Source: Candidatus Cloacimonadales bacterium (GTDB lineage: Bacteria; Cloacimonadota; Cloacimonadia; Cloacimonadales; JAIOQZ01). Taken from it: 64,000 bases of DNA. The position numbers were made by a program, and so were the translations under genes. Location of the stretch: contig OY771587.1 in assembly GCA_963674825.1 (NCBI GenBank), forward strand, positions 1,440,001-1,504,000, given 5' to 3'. This document shows positions 22,360-32,072 of the stretch, piece by piece (position 1 is the stretch's first letter; the number at the start of each line of letters is the position of its first letter). The notes under the pieces are model-generated. The model did no database searches. It saw nothing but the letters and a program-made list of their open reading frames with translations, and was not told the origin of the DNA.

Positions 22360-24195
22360 TCAAGTTTTTGGGAGGGTGAAAATGAAGTCGCTGCCCTTGC
22401 CAACGATACTTTCGACGTGGATTTGACCGCCGTTTTTCTCAATAAATTCCTTACAAACGATGAGTCCGAGGCCGGTACCGGTCTCGCAGGCGGTGCCCTT
22501 GGTGGTCAAATGAGAGTCGATCCGGAATAGCTTCTTGAGATTTTCAGACTCGATTCCCACACCTTGATCGGATACTTTGACTCGAAGATGGTCATCCATC
22601 TCTTCGGCACTGACGACTACCTTACTATCCTTATAGGAGAATTTGACCGCATTCGTAACCAGATTTCGCAGGACCGTCATGATCATATTCTCGTCCACAT
22701 GAGCTTCGAGATTCTCCGGAACCGAGACCACGATCTCTATACCTTTATACGACGCGACAGCTTCCAGGTGCTTCATGGCGTTTTCCACGATCTGGATCAA
22801 AGAGACCTTGATCGGCTTGAACTGCATCTTTCCGGTCTGGGAACCCGACCACTGCATCAGGTTGTCGAAGAGCTCGGTGATGGATTTGATCTCATTATTC
22901 ATGATGGATACGAGCTTCTTGATCTTATCCGGTTCGAACTGGTCAAGCTGCATAGAGAGGTATTCCACGGACATGAGTAATGAGTTGAGCGGGTTTTTCA
23001 CATCATGTGCAATTATCGTGAAAAATTTGTCTTTGGTGGCGTTAGCTTCGGCCAGCTCGATGTTCTTGAGGCGGAAGATTTCCGCTTCGCGAACGCGTTT
23101 ATCCGTTTCGAAACGAGCCTGGATATCCGCGATCTGCTTGTTATAAGCTTCTTTATAGAGATCGATCTGCAAGTCCTCAAACTTCTGGCTGTGTTCAATA
23201 CAAGTACGGTATTTCTCGGCAGCCTGCAGATATTCGCCAGAATCCATCAGGGTATCGCCAATCGCTTTGAAGAGGTCGGCCATGCACTGGTGGGTTTGGC
23301 GCTGAAGGTCTTTGGCTTCAGTCTCAATCGCGAGATTGAGTCCGAGCGTCAATGCTTCGAGCGCTTTATCGAAATCCTTGAGCTCAAGATAAGTCTGACC
23401 GATATTACTATAGGAATTCGAAATCGATTTCTGATCGCCGATCTCCTTCTTCAGCACAAGCGAATCAAAGAAGTACTGGAGTGCCTTCTTTTTATAACCC
23501 ATACTGGAATAGATGATGCCGATATTATTGATGACCGACGCGATGCCTCGTTTATTCCCGATATCCTCCTGGATCTTCAGAGAGCGCTGGTAGAATTTCA
23601 GTGCTTTGTCGTATTCGCCTTTTTTCTGATAGATAATGCCGATGTTATTACTGACATTGGCAATTCCCTTTTCGTCACCGGAAGACTCAATGAGATGCAG
23701 CGAGTTCATAAAGTACTCGAGCGCTTTTTCGTTATTGCCCGTAGCAATATATCCTCTTCCGATGCTGTTCGAAACATGCGCGATCGAGTTCTTGTCGTCG
23801 AGATCTTCAAGGATGCGCAACGAGCGGAAGTAGTAATCGAGCGCTTTACTGAATTCGCCAAGCTTGTAGTGGATGTTTCCGATCTGCTGCAAAACTTCTG
23901 CTTTGACCGAGAGCTCCCCGGATTCCTCTATATATAGTAGACTCTGCTGGTAATATTCGAGGGATTCGGTGTTGTGCTGGAAGTTGCTATGAAGTTTGCC
24001 GAGTTCAATCAAAGCCTGTGTCTTGCCATGCTGATCATGGTATCGATCAGCCAGATCGAGTGCACGGGTAGCGTATTCGATACTCCGTGTTTCAGATTGC
24101 GGAAAATAGGAGTTGGCAATTTGTAGATACAGTTCGACCTGTCTGGCAGGTGGTGCAATCGTCGCTTGTTTGATGAGTTCTTCGGTTTCGTCCAT
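22360..24195 (-). CDS. Soluble TPR-repeat sensor histidine kinase
   Basis: Many TPRs; H-box IAHDVKNP; N-box RNLVTNAVKF; DQGVGI; GTGLGL; no TM segment. Confidence 0.93.
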   Translation of the reverse strand: MDETEELIKQATIAPPARQVELYLQIANSYFPQSETRSIEYATRALDLADRYHDQHGKTQALIELGKLHSNFQHNTESLEYYQQSLLYIEESGELSVKAEVLQQIGNIHYKLGEFSKALDYYFRSLRILEDLDDKNSIAHVSNSIGRGYIATGNNEKALEYFMNSLHLIESSGDEKGIANVSNNIGIIYQKKGEYDKALKFYQRSLKIQEDIGNKRGIASVINNIGIIYSSMGYKKKALQYFFDSLVLKKEIGDQKSISNSYSNIGQTYLELKDFDKALEALTLGLNLAIETEAKDLQRQTHQCMADLFKAIGDTLMDSGEYLQAAEKYRTCIEHSQKFEDLQIDLYKEAYNKQIADIQARFETDKRVREAEIFRLKNIELAEANATKDKFFTIIAHDVKNPLNSLLMSVEYLSMQLDQFEPDKIKKLVSIMNNEIKSITELFDNLMQWSGSQTGKMQFKPIKVSLIQIVENAMKHLEAVASYKGIEIVVSVPENLEAHVDENMIMTVLRNLVTNAVKFSYKDSKVVVSAEEMDDHLRVKVSDQGVGIESENLKKLFRIDSHLTTKGTACETGTGLGLIVCKEFIEKNGGQIHVESIVGKGSDFIFTLPKT

Positions 24196-24365
24196 GACAT
24201 TTACCTTTCCCACAATACTCAATGCAGGGAACTAAAATTGGCCTTGAAGCGTTATTAGTGCAAGCTTTTTTTATATGAAGGAAGAAGAGAATCAATACCC
24301 AAAAGCGTGAATTGCATTCATGAATTGCACTTAGTTAGAGATAAGAGCCGCTATATTACAGAACT

Positions 24366-26222
24366 CTAATCGCGTGATTTATTGAAAACCACCATATTCG
24401 TTCGATCGCTATACGGTTCGAATGTCACCTCATTTACCGTACGGAATTTACGTAGGATTTCCCGTATTTTCTCCAGAGAAACATCAATGCGTTCGATATA
24501 CTTTGCAGCAGTTTCAGCAAGCTCGCTACCTTTCAGGTAATCCTCCAGCATATCCAGATTACCGCGAATAACCATCAACGGCTGGCTGATCTCATGATTA
24601 GCTGTAACCGCCATTGCGAGGATGGAGTTATGGCGTTCCAGCTTGACGACTTCGTTGCGGGAACTAAGCAACTGCTGGTTCATCTCTTCGAGCTCCACGT
24701 TTTTCAGGCGCATGATTTCTGCTTCCTGCAAGGCAATCTTCGCTTCTGCTTCCTTCTTCTCCATATCATAGAGCATCTGCATGTCCATGATTCGAATGCG
24801 GCGACGATCGTCGAAGATTTCATCCCGTATCTTCAAGATCGAATCGAAAAGAGACTTTATTTTCGGCAGCAGCTTTGCAGCTTCCTCGTAACGACATTGT
24901 TGGATAAGGTTATCGGCATGTGTCTGGTAGAGGGTCAATTCGATTTCCCGACGTTGCAGCTCCAGGCTTCGGATATCCTTTTCGTTGCGCCCGGAGAGGC
25001 CTTCATTGACCTTACCGAGGCAATCCAGCGCTTTTTCGTAGATGGCGGGGTCACCAGATTCACGATACTGGAAAGAGTGAAGTTCGCCTATCCCGATCAG
25101 GCATCCGATACAGCTAATCTGCCCGGGTGACTGGCAATAGCGCTCGTATGCCTGCATATAATATGAATAGGCGGTTTCATATTCACCGGTCTGCGCATAA
25201 CAGATTGCGATATTCTCGAGCGTGAGAGGAATGTTATTTTGCAGATCGAATCTCGTCTTGATCTCATGGGATTTAAGAAAGTATTTCAGCGCTTCCATGT
25301 AATTACCCTGGTCCTGATAGACGAGGCCGAGGTTGTTGTTCACCATGCCGATGCCCATGTGATAGTTCAGATCAAGATAGATCTGGAGTGATTGCTGATA
25401 GCATTCATGAGCTTTTTCGTAGTTATTCAGGTTACGATGGATTGCGCCGATATGGTTTAGCGAGAAGGCACAGGATGTACGCATGTTATGCTTTTCCTGA
25501 ATTCTCAGCGCACTCAGATGTTGGGTGAGGGCTTTTTCGAACTCCGAGAACCGGTAATAACACAGCCCGATACGATTGTGGATGTTCGCACGGAGAGAGG
25601 GATTACTGCTATCGGTCGCTTTCTCCAACGCTTGGAGATGGTATTTCAATGCATCCGCAGCCTGCCCACGCACCCAGTTGATTGCGCCAAAATCTGATAG
25701 GGACATCGCCAATCCGGTGTTGTCTCCGACTTCTTTGAAGAGCTCGATCGCTTCGTTCAAGTGCTTTTCAGCGTCATCAAGCTGGTTTCGTTCGATAAGG
25801 ATCGACGCAATATTCTGGTAAGTACCGGCAACATTGAGCAGCTTGCCGTGCTTCCGAAGAAGTGGTATAGCCTGCTCGAACATCTGCAAGGCTTCGTCTT
25901 CACGGTATTCGCTGCGAAGGATAACTCCCATGTGAAACCGGATCATGGCACTGAGTTCGTCTTTATCTTCCTCAAGCTCAATTGCTTTGTCGAAGCAGGT
26001 CAGGGTCTCTTCTATTCGCTGTTTCTGGTAGAATCGAATCCCGATATAGCAGAGCGCTTTGCGATAGTTGCCCCGGATATCGAACAGCGATTTCAGTTCA
26101 TCAACGGGATCGGGAAGCTCTGAATCCTGTATATCAGAGGCATTATTGTCATCGCGTATCCATGCAATACGCGCTTCATCGTCCGCTATATTCCCCAGTT
26201 GTTTCATCCACGGATAGGTCAT
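24366..26222 (-). CDS. TPR-repeat protein with a HisKA domain but no HATPase domain
   Basis: TPRs; TANHEISQPL H-box; stop about 75 aa later with no N/G boxes. Confidence 0.85.
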   Translation of the reverse strand: MTYPWMKQLGNIADDEARIAWIRDDNNASDIQDSELPDPVDELKSLFDIRGNYRKALCYIGIRFYQKQRIEETLTCFDKAIELEEDKDELSAMIRFHMGVILRSEYREDEALQMFEQAIPLLRKHGKLLNVAGTYQNIASILIERNQLDDAEKHLNEAIELFKEVGDNTGLAMSLSDFGAINWVRGQAADALKYHLQALEKATDSSNPSLRANIHNRIGLCYYRFSEFEKALTQHLSALRIQEKHNMRTSCAFSLNHIGAIHRNLNNYEKAHECYQQSLQIYLDLNYHMGIGMVNNNLGLVYQDQGNYMEALKYFLKSHEIKTRFDLQNNIPLTLENIAICYAQTGEYETAYSYYMQAYERYCQSPGQISCIGCLIGIGELHSFQYRESGDPAIYEKALDCLGKVNEGLSGRNEKDIRSLELQRREIELTLYQTHADNLIQQCRYEEAAKLLPKIKSLFDSILKIRDEIFDDRRRIRIMDMQMLYDMEKKEAEAKIALQEAEIMRLKNVELEEMNQQLLSSRNEVVKLERHNSILAMAVTANHEISQPLMVIRGNLDMLEDYLKGSELAETAAKYIERIDVSLEKIREILRKFRTVNEVTFEPYSDRTNMVVFNKSRD

Positions 26223-26308
26223 TCTGTTCCCCGGCAAATGATTTTCGTACACCGATACCACCAATACTATTTTCGGGATGAACAGGCAAGAACTTTATCG
26301 TTTTACGC

Positions 26309-26923
26309 TCACGGTATAAAGGCGCGGAAAAGGTAGTCGATCTCTTTCTGGTAGTACTCCTGCGGGAAATGCGGGTGAAGGACGTATTGGTGAGTAATGC
26401 CATAGAGGGCTTTCAGGAGGAACTGTTCGGCAAGATCGGGAAGAAGCGCGGAATTCAGCTCACCCTTTTCAACGCCCTCGCGGAATATCTGAATAAAGAC
26501 GTTCTCTTCGCTGCTTTCTCGCCCCTTGAGAATCTCCTTCGTGTTGGGATGAAGTTGATCCCAGCCGTTATGAACAGCAAGATCGAAATAGGTTATCAAA
26601 GCAAACTCGCTGGGACGTTCGCGGTACCAATCGTAGTACAGGTCGCAATACTCGCGTAACCGCACCAGGGCCGATTTCTCCATGTTGCTGCGAAACAGGT
26701 TGAGGATATGCTCATCGAACGCCCTCAATTGCCGCAACACCACGAACACGAGCAGGTCGGACTTGCTGCCGAAATACTGGTAGAGCGTCTTTCGGGCAAA
26801 TTCAGCCTTTTTCGCTATCTCGTCCATACCAGTCTGTTCATAGCCATTCTGGCGAAAAAGTTCGCCGGCAATTTTGATGATCTCTTCTTTTCTTCGAAGA
26901 AGCTCTCTTTCTTTACGAGTCAT
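26309..26923 (-). CDS. TetR/AcrR family regulator
   Basis: LF...GYEQTGMDEIAKKAEFARKTLYQYFGSKSDL helix-turn-helix. Confidence 0.93.
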   Translation of the reverse strand: MTRKERELLRRKEEIIKIAGELFRQNGYEQTGMDEIAKKAEFARKTLYQYFGSKSDLLVFVVLRQLRAFDEHILNLFRSNMEKSALVRLREYCDLYYDWYRERPSEFALITYFDLAVHNGWDQLHPNTKEILKGRESSEENVFIQIFREGVEKGELNSALLPDLAEQFLLKALYGITHQYVLHPHFPQEYYQKEIDYLFRAFIP

Positions 26924-27003
26924 ATGCACGGAACCTTTCTTAAGGCGCTTCTCCCCTTTGATCTCCTCTTTGTGCGAACATATACTATTAGGGTGATCGT
27001 TTG

Positions 27004-29397
27004 CTATTTAAGCATCAGAATTCTCTGAGCATGGATCATGTTACCAGCCTTGAGCCTGACCAGATAAATTCCGCTTGCACAGGGGATCCCGAAACGGTCG
27101 TTGCCATTCCAGAGCACCTGGTGCAATCCTGTGTTTTTTCGTTCATGAAGCAAGCTTTTTACTTTCTGACCCTTGATATTGTAAATATCGAGTTCCACCA
27201 ACGATGGTTGGTCGATGGAGAACGATACGGTCGTGGACGGGTTGAAGGGATTCGGGAAAATAGTGACGATTCCGGTGGTATGCTTTGCCGGAATCGTCTC
27301 GTTATCGTTATCGTGCGGGATAAAGTTACACCCTTGACGCCAATCAGTACCGATAAGCTCACCGTGATGGTTGAATAGACCGCTATCGTTGAGAGTGCTG
27401 CCGTTCGCTTCGTTCATTTGCCAATAGCCAATAAGTCCATCTTCGAAACCCTGAAGCGGTTCCTCCATCGTCTCCTGGATTTCTACCGCGGTACGTGCGA
27501 TGTTCCATAGTCGAGCTTCGTCCATGACACCATGATACATATTGAAACCGGCTGTGTGTGCACCGAGTGTCATACCCTGTGTTGAGTTATTCTGAAGATT
27601 ACCAGTGGGTTCATTATCCCAGGTAATGTCACAAAGGACTCCATCAATCAAGGCAATCGCGCCATTCGCGCTGGAGTATGATATCGCTATGTTCTGCCAG
27701 GAATTCAGCACGATCGTCTCCGGTTCTGTCGTTCCGATACACATTGTTCCATCTTCGGTGCGAAGCGTAATGCGTAACGCATGATCGATCGCAATTATGT
27801 TGCTACCCTTGCAGAAGATGATATCGGCCATGGCGTTGGTGTTGTTCCAGGAATAGGGATTGATCCAGGCCTCAAATGTAAAAGCCGATGTGAGTGATAG
27901 ATTATCATCTGCTTCGATATTGACCCGGGAACCGGTTCCGGGAAAAAGGACACTGCTATCGCCATCGAATACATAGATGGTTTCGACTGCGGTGAACGTA
28001 GTATCGATGCCATTGCCGGAAAGGTGAACGTCGATTGAGTAAGTTCCCGGCGTATCGTAGGTGAATTGGAATTCATTCGCAGTATCGTCCCATACTCCAT
28101 CCTGATTGACATCCCATTGGATAGTCTCGTAAGCCGGACTGGTTCGGCAGAGGCTTTCTAAATCGACCATCAAGGGTGCATGGCCCGTTTTAGGCCCGAT
28201 CTCAAAATCGCCGATTACAAACCGGTCGCGAATGCGCATGACAAGTGGCTGCTGTGTTCCAGCTTCCGTATCTGCATAACCGACACAGATGAATTCGTTG
28301 TCATCGATGCGACACATATCGAGTAACCCCGTGGCATAATCTCCCGTTACATAGATACGCCAGAGCTCGTTCAGATTCGAATCGGCTCGAAGCAGATAGC
28401 CGCAGTTACGCTGGTTATCAAAATCTCTGGTACATCCGCATAAGATCGCATCGTCGGAAGCATCGGGAGCAATCACGTCGTATGCGAAATCGTAGAATCC
28501 CTGTATTTCGTAATTCTCAGAATTGATAGCATCCAGGTCACCATCGAGTCTAACCAGTCCCGCGTCCATACGTTCCTGGCCTTCAGCAGCTGTGATGCCA
28601 ACAGCGGTAATCATGCCGCTATCGTGACGCACAACTCCGAATCCTGAGTCGTAGTCCACCGAGCCGCTGCCAAGGATCGAGGTCGCAGACTCATGCAGCA
28701 CATTTCCATCAGAATCGACGTGAAGCACCCAGATCTCGCTGTTGCGGGTACTGTCGTACTGCGAACTGGCACCTGCTATATAATAGGTACCATCTCCGCC
28801 GTCGATGATCTCCCGGCCTTCGTCGTTTGTCGCGTAACCGTAACGAACAGCCCAGAGAGAATCGCCTTCCGACGAGAGCTTCAGCATTTCAACGTCATGG
28901 AAGCCTTCCAGGCCGTCTGTTACTGAGGATAGCGCCAGGCATGCGCCGTCATCGAGCGCAACCAACGAGTAGCCAAAATCCTCGCCATCTCCGCCGAAGA
29001 AGCCCTCCCAGATCAGATTGAGCTCGTCATCCCACTTCGCGATCCAGGTCTGCATACCTTTGGATTCGGCAAAGCTGGTTCCTATAGTGAAGAAATCGTC
29101 TGAATTCGTGGCGGGAACGACGGCAGCCAGCTCCGACCATCCGTCGCGCTCCGCCACAACCGAATTGAGAGAATTACCGGAAAGGTCAAACATTGATAGA
29201 TAGCCCGATGGGAAAGCGGAACCGGATGTACAGGACCCTCCTACGCATACGATTCTTTCCTGGGATAATAGGGTAACCGCTTTGAAATTGCTGTCGAATT
29301 CGGTTTGAGCCTGATGCTGCCACATCGTTTCGAATTCAGCGCATAACATCAAAGGCAGCGCAAGCGCGACGAAAAAGAGGATAGTCGGCTTTCTCAT
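27004..29397 (-). CDS. Secreted protein: beta-propeller-like repeats, PKD, LamG-like domain, C-terminal FlgD-Ig/T9SS-type domain
   Basis: Signal peptide; TGHAPLMV...YDTPGTYSI (PKD); FTFEAWI...MDEARLWN...LIGYW (LamG); FPNPFNP. Confidence 0.85.
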   Translation of the reverse strand: MRKPTILFFVALALPLMLCAEFETMWQHQAQTEFDSNFKAVTLLSQERIVCVGGSCTSGSAFPSGYLSMFDLSGNSLNSVVAERDGWSELAAVVPATNSDDFFTIGTSFAESKGMQTWIAKWDDELNLIWEGFFGGDGEDFGYSLVALDDGACLALSSVTDGLEGFHDVEMLKLSSEGDSLWAVRYGYATNDEGREIIDGGDGTYYIAGASSQYDSTRNSEIWVLHVDSDGNVLHESATSILGSGSVDYDSGFGVVRHDSGMITAVGITAAEGQERMDAGLVRLDGDLDAINSENYEIQGFYDFAYDVIAPDASDDAILCGCTRDFDNQRNCGYLLRADSNLNELWRIYVTGDYATGLLDMCRIDDNEFICVGYADTEAGTQQPLVMRIRDRFVIGDFEIGPKTGHAPLMVDLESLCRTSPAYETIQWDVNQDGVWDDTANEFQFTYDTPGTYSIDVHLSGNGIDTTFTAVETIYVFDGDSSVLFPGTGSRVNIEADDNLSLTSAFTFEAWINPYSWNNTNAMADIIFCKGSNIIAIDHALRITLRTEDGTMCIGTTEPETIVLNSWQNIAISYSSANGAIALIDGVLCDITWDNEPTGNLQNNSTQGMTLGAHTAGFNMYHGVMDEARLWNIARTAVEIQETMEEPLQGFEDGLIGYWQMNEANGSTLNDSGLFNHHGELIGTDWRQGCNFIPHDNDNETIPAKHTTGIVTIFPNPFNPSTTVSFSIDQPSLVELDIYNIKGQKVKSLLHERKNTGLHQVLWNGNDRFGIPCASGIYLVRLKAGNMIHAQRILMLK

Positions 29398-30017
29398 CTT
29401 GCCCTCCCTGTATTCATCCGATTCCATGCTGTTATAATAGCCTCATTGTTCGTCTCCCAAAGGAACTGACCCCGTGTGGTGGTCACGATATTACCATCAA
29501 TAACGGGCGCCAGCGCTTGTCCCATATAGATAGCGCCGGCAGCCTCGTATTCCTCGACAAATTCATTGTTATTGCCCGGTTTCCCTTGAACGCGTTTTCC
29601 ATTGATAACATTTGCTGCCGCCAGCACGCGAACTCCCGCGCAGGACGCCCACAGAATTTTATTCTGCTGATTCGCCTCCTGAAGCAGATTGAGAGCAGAT
29701 TGATTCGCAATGATGTCACCATATGGATTGGTTACCCACCAACGGGCCGGCCAAATTGCAATACAGTCGTATGAAGAGATGTCTTCAATGTCGTCGATGA
29801 GAATATCCATCTCGAGCGTCGGCAGATCGGACGAGCATGGTGAGACAGCCGGGGTAACACCTGTGAGCGTAAAATTCCAGCCTTTACGTTCGTAGAATTC
29901 TTTATTGAGCATGCTGTTCCCGCCGTAGTTATCGGCCACAATGACCAATACATTGAAACCTTCGGCACTGCATGCAATAGCCAGTACAAGCAGTAAGCAG
30001 ATACTGATCGCTTTCAT
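29394..30017 (-). CDS. DJ-1/PfpI family protein with an export signal
   Basis: ASCAGVRVLAAANVINGKRV nucleophile elbow; VIDGNIVTTTRG; hydrophobic N-terminus; GGAGG RBS. Confidence 0.85.
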   Translation of the reverse strand: MKAISICLLLVLAIACSAEGFNVLVIVADNYGGNSMLNKEFYERKGWNFTLTGVTPAVSPCSSDLPTLEMDILIDDIEDISSYDCIAIWPARWWVTNPYGDIIANQSALNLLQEANQQNKILWASCAGVRVLAAANVINGKRVQGKPGNNNEFVEEYEAAGAIYMGQALAPVIDGNIVTTTRGQFLWETNNEAIITAWNRMNTGRAR

Positions 30018-30027
30018 GATTCCTCCC

Positions 30028-30089
30028 GTAACATATGTTACCGATATACACATATGTCACCAAAATGTGTTCCGCATAGAATGTGTCAA
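30028..30089 (-). promoter_or_regulatory. Promoter with a palindromic operator
   Basis: TTGACA (-35) at 30084-30089; perfect palindrome GTAACATATGTTAC at 30028-30041. Confidence 0.6.
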
Positions 30090-30172
30090 GAAAATTTTTT
30101 TGTAGTAATCGGGTAATATCGCGCTGAATGCCACTCATGTGCAGATACGTAAACAGCACATATAAAAATTAT

Positions 30173-30200
30173 TTGACAGATTGTAATGATTCAATATTAT
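30173..30200 (+). promoter_or_regulatory. Sigma70-type promoter
   Basis: TTGACA-16 nt-TATTAT. Confidence 0.55.
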
Positions 30201-30302
30201 AAACAATGACAACCGGGGTGAAAAGGTATTTTGACGTTCATAGGATTCGAAATCAGGTGCTATATCAACTCAGCCACACAATTACAATAAGGAGTATTTA
30301 TC

Positions 30303-31592
30303 ATGAAAAAAATGCTCGTCGCTTTATTTCTGCTCGCACTCGGTATACTCAATGCCCAGTTTTGCGATACCGTCTGGCTTCAAGAGCCGGACCCGGTTGG
30401 AATCGATGTCGATATGTCATACACGGATGTCGCAGATGATTTCACTGTTGGTGAAGATACGTATATTTGTGGGATCCGTTTCTGGACATCATGGAGACAG
30501 GACGTCAATATCGGAGCACTCGGCTATTACGTCGGAATCTGGAGCGATGTTCCTGCCGGTGTCGATCTTCCATGGAGCCATCCGGGAACCGAGTTATGGA
30601 ACAATATCTTTTTTGTGGGCGATGGAATAACCACCATCAATGATCCCCTCGAAGGCTTGCAGAGCTACTTCTATCCACTGACCGACGAACTCTATCCTGG
30701 AGATCATTTCTTCTACTATCAGGTTAACTGTGGCGATTGCGATGCCGGGCAGTATATCTCCGACGTGACCACACCGTTCCATGCAATAGCTGGAACCGTT
30801 TACTGGCTGGTTATAAACCCGCTTCTCGAAGGTGGGGAATGCGGCTGGAAAACATCATGGTATGACTACAACGATACCGCAGTGTATTTTGACAATGTTA
30901 CGACAAGCCTGTGGCAGACGGTTCAAATCCCATCATATGACCCTATTGTTAATCTAGCCTTCCAGCTTTGTGGATGCAACAGTGAGACTTGCCCCGTCGA
31001 ACTCTCCTGCTTCGATGCCGCTGTTACACAGAGCAACTTTGTGGAACTCAACTGGACCACAGAGTCCGAGAGCGACCTACTGGGATACAACGTCTTGCGT
31101 AGCGATAGCGATGTACTGGAAAATGCCATTACCATTAACGCAGACTACATTGCAGCGAATAACACCACTTCACAGTGCGACTACATCTATACAGATACAG
31201 AAGTGGAAATCAACGGCATTTACAACTACTGGCTTGAAAGCGTTGAGATGAATGGTTCAAGCGAATTCTTCGGTCCAATCTCGGTGACAGTTATCGAATC
31301 CGGTGGCGAAACACCTCCTAATCCGAGTGAAGTTCTCTCCGTGTTCGACGCGGTTTACCCGAACCCGTTCAATCCTAACACCAAGTTCAGCTACACACTG
31401 GCCGAGGCTGGTAACGTGACATTCAAGATCTACAATACGAAGGGCCAGCTGGTCGAGACAATTACCGACCACGGCAATAAGGGAACAAACAGCGTAAGCT
31501 GGGACGCAAGTGGCCAGTCGTCGGGTATTTACATGGTTCACATGCAATCAAAGGGCTATGAGTCACTGCGTAAGGCAGTCCTGATCAAATAA
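30303..31592 (+). CDS. Secreted Cys-containing beta protein with a C-terminal T9SS-type domain (paralog A)
   Basis: Signal peptide; ADDF...IRFWTSW; CPVELSCF linker; YPNPFNP. Confidence 0.85.
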   Translation: MKKMLVALFLLALGILNAQFCDTVWLQEPDPVGIDVDMSYTDVADDFTVGEDTYICGIRFWTSWRQDVNIGALGYYVGIWSDVPAGVDLPWSHPGTELWNNIFFVGDGITTINDPLEGLQSYFYPLTDELYPGDHFFYYQVNCGDCDAGQYISDVTTPFHAIAGTVYWLVINPLLEGGECGWKTSWYDYNDTAVYFDNVTTSLWQTVQIPSYDPIVNLAFQLCGCNSETCPVELSCFDAAVTQSNFVELNWTTESESDLLGYNVLRSDSDVLENAITINADYIAANNTTSQCDYIYTDTEVEINGIYNYWLESVEMNGSSEFFGPISVTVIESGGETPPNPSEVLSVFDAVYPNPFNPNTKFSYTLAEAGNVTFKIYNTKGQLVETITDHGNKGTNSVSWDASGQSSGIYMVHMQSKGYESLRKAVLIK

Positions 31593-31611
31593 TAATCAGG
31601 GGTAGCACAAC

Positions 31612-31644
31612 AACGCCATCGGTTCATTCCGGTGGCGTTTTTTT
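31612..31644 (+). terminator. Intrinsic terminator
   Basis: AACGCCATCGG-ttcatt-CCGGTGGCGTT followed by a T run. Confidence 0.85.
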
Positions 31645-32072
31645 CAGCCAACCCTTTATGAATAGCAGTTCACAATACCGAGGATTCATTATATATTGTG
31701 ATAGCATTAATTTTTCTTCGAGATATCTTTATTTGTTTATCACATATACGCTTACACACATTTGAAAAACCATGTAACACGTTTCCTATTTGTAATGTAA
31801 AAAAAATATTGCCCAAAAGCATCCTTCGACAGGCTCCAGATACGCATTTCCTTTCACATGATTAATATTCACGCGCCACATCATTTAAATTTACTTGACA
31901 TTCTCATGTTTTTATATCCAATTGAGTTATAATAATTGACGCTCATTGCTATTATTAATCATAGAGAAGCCGTCTATCATAAATATTAGTATATTTTTGC
32001 TAATTCACTTGGGCTTGCTCAGATTATGGGGTGCTAATAAATAGGCTGTTCATACAGCAAAGGAGACACATC

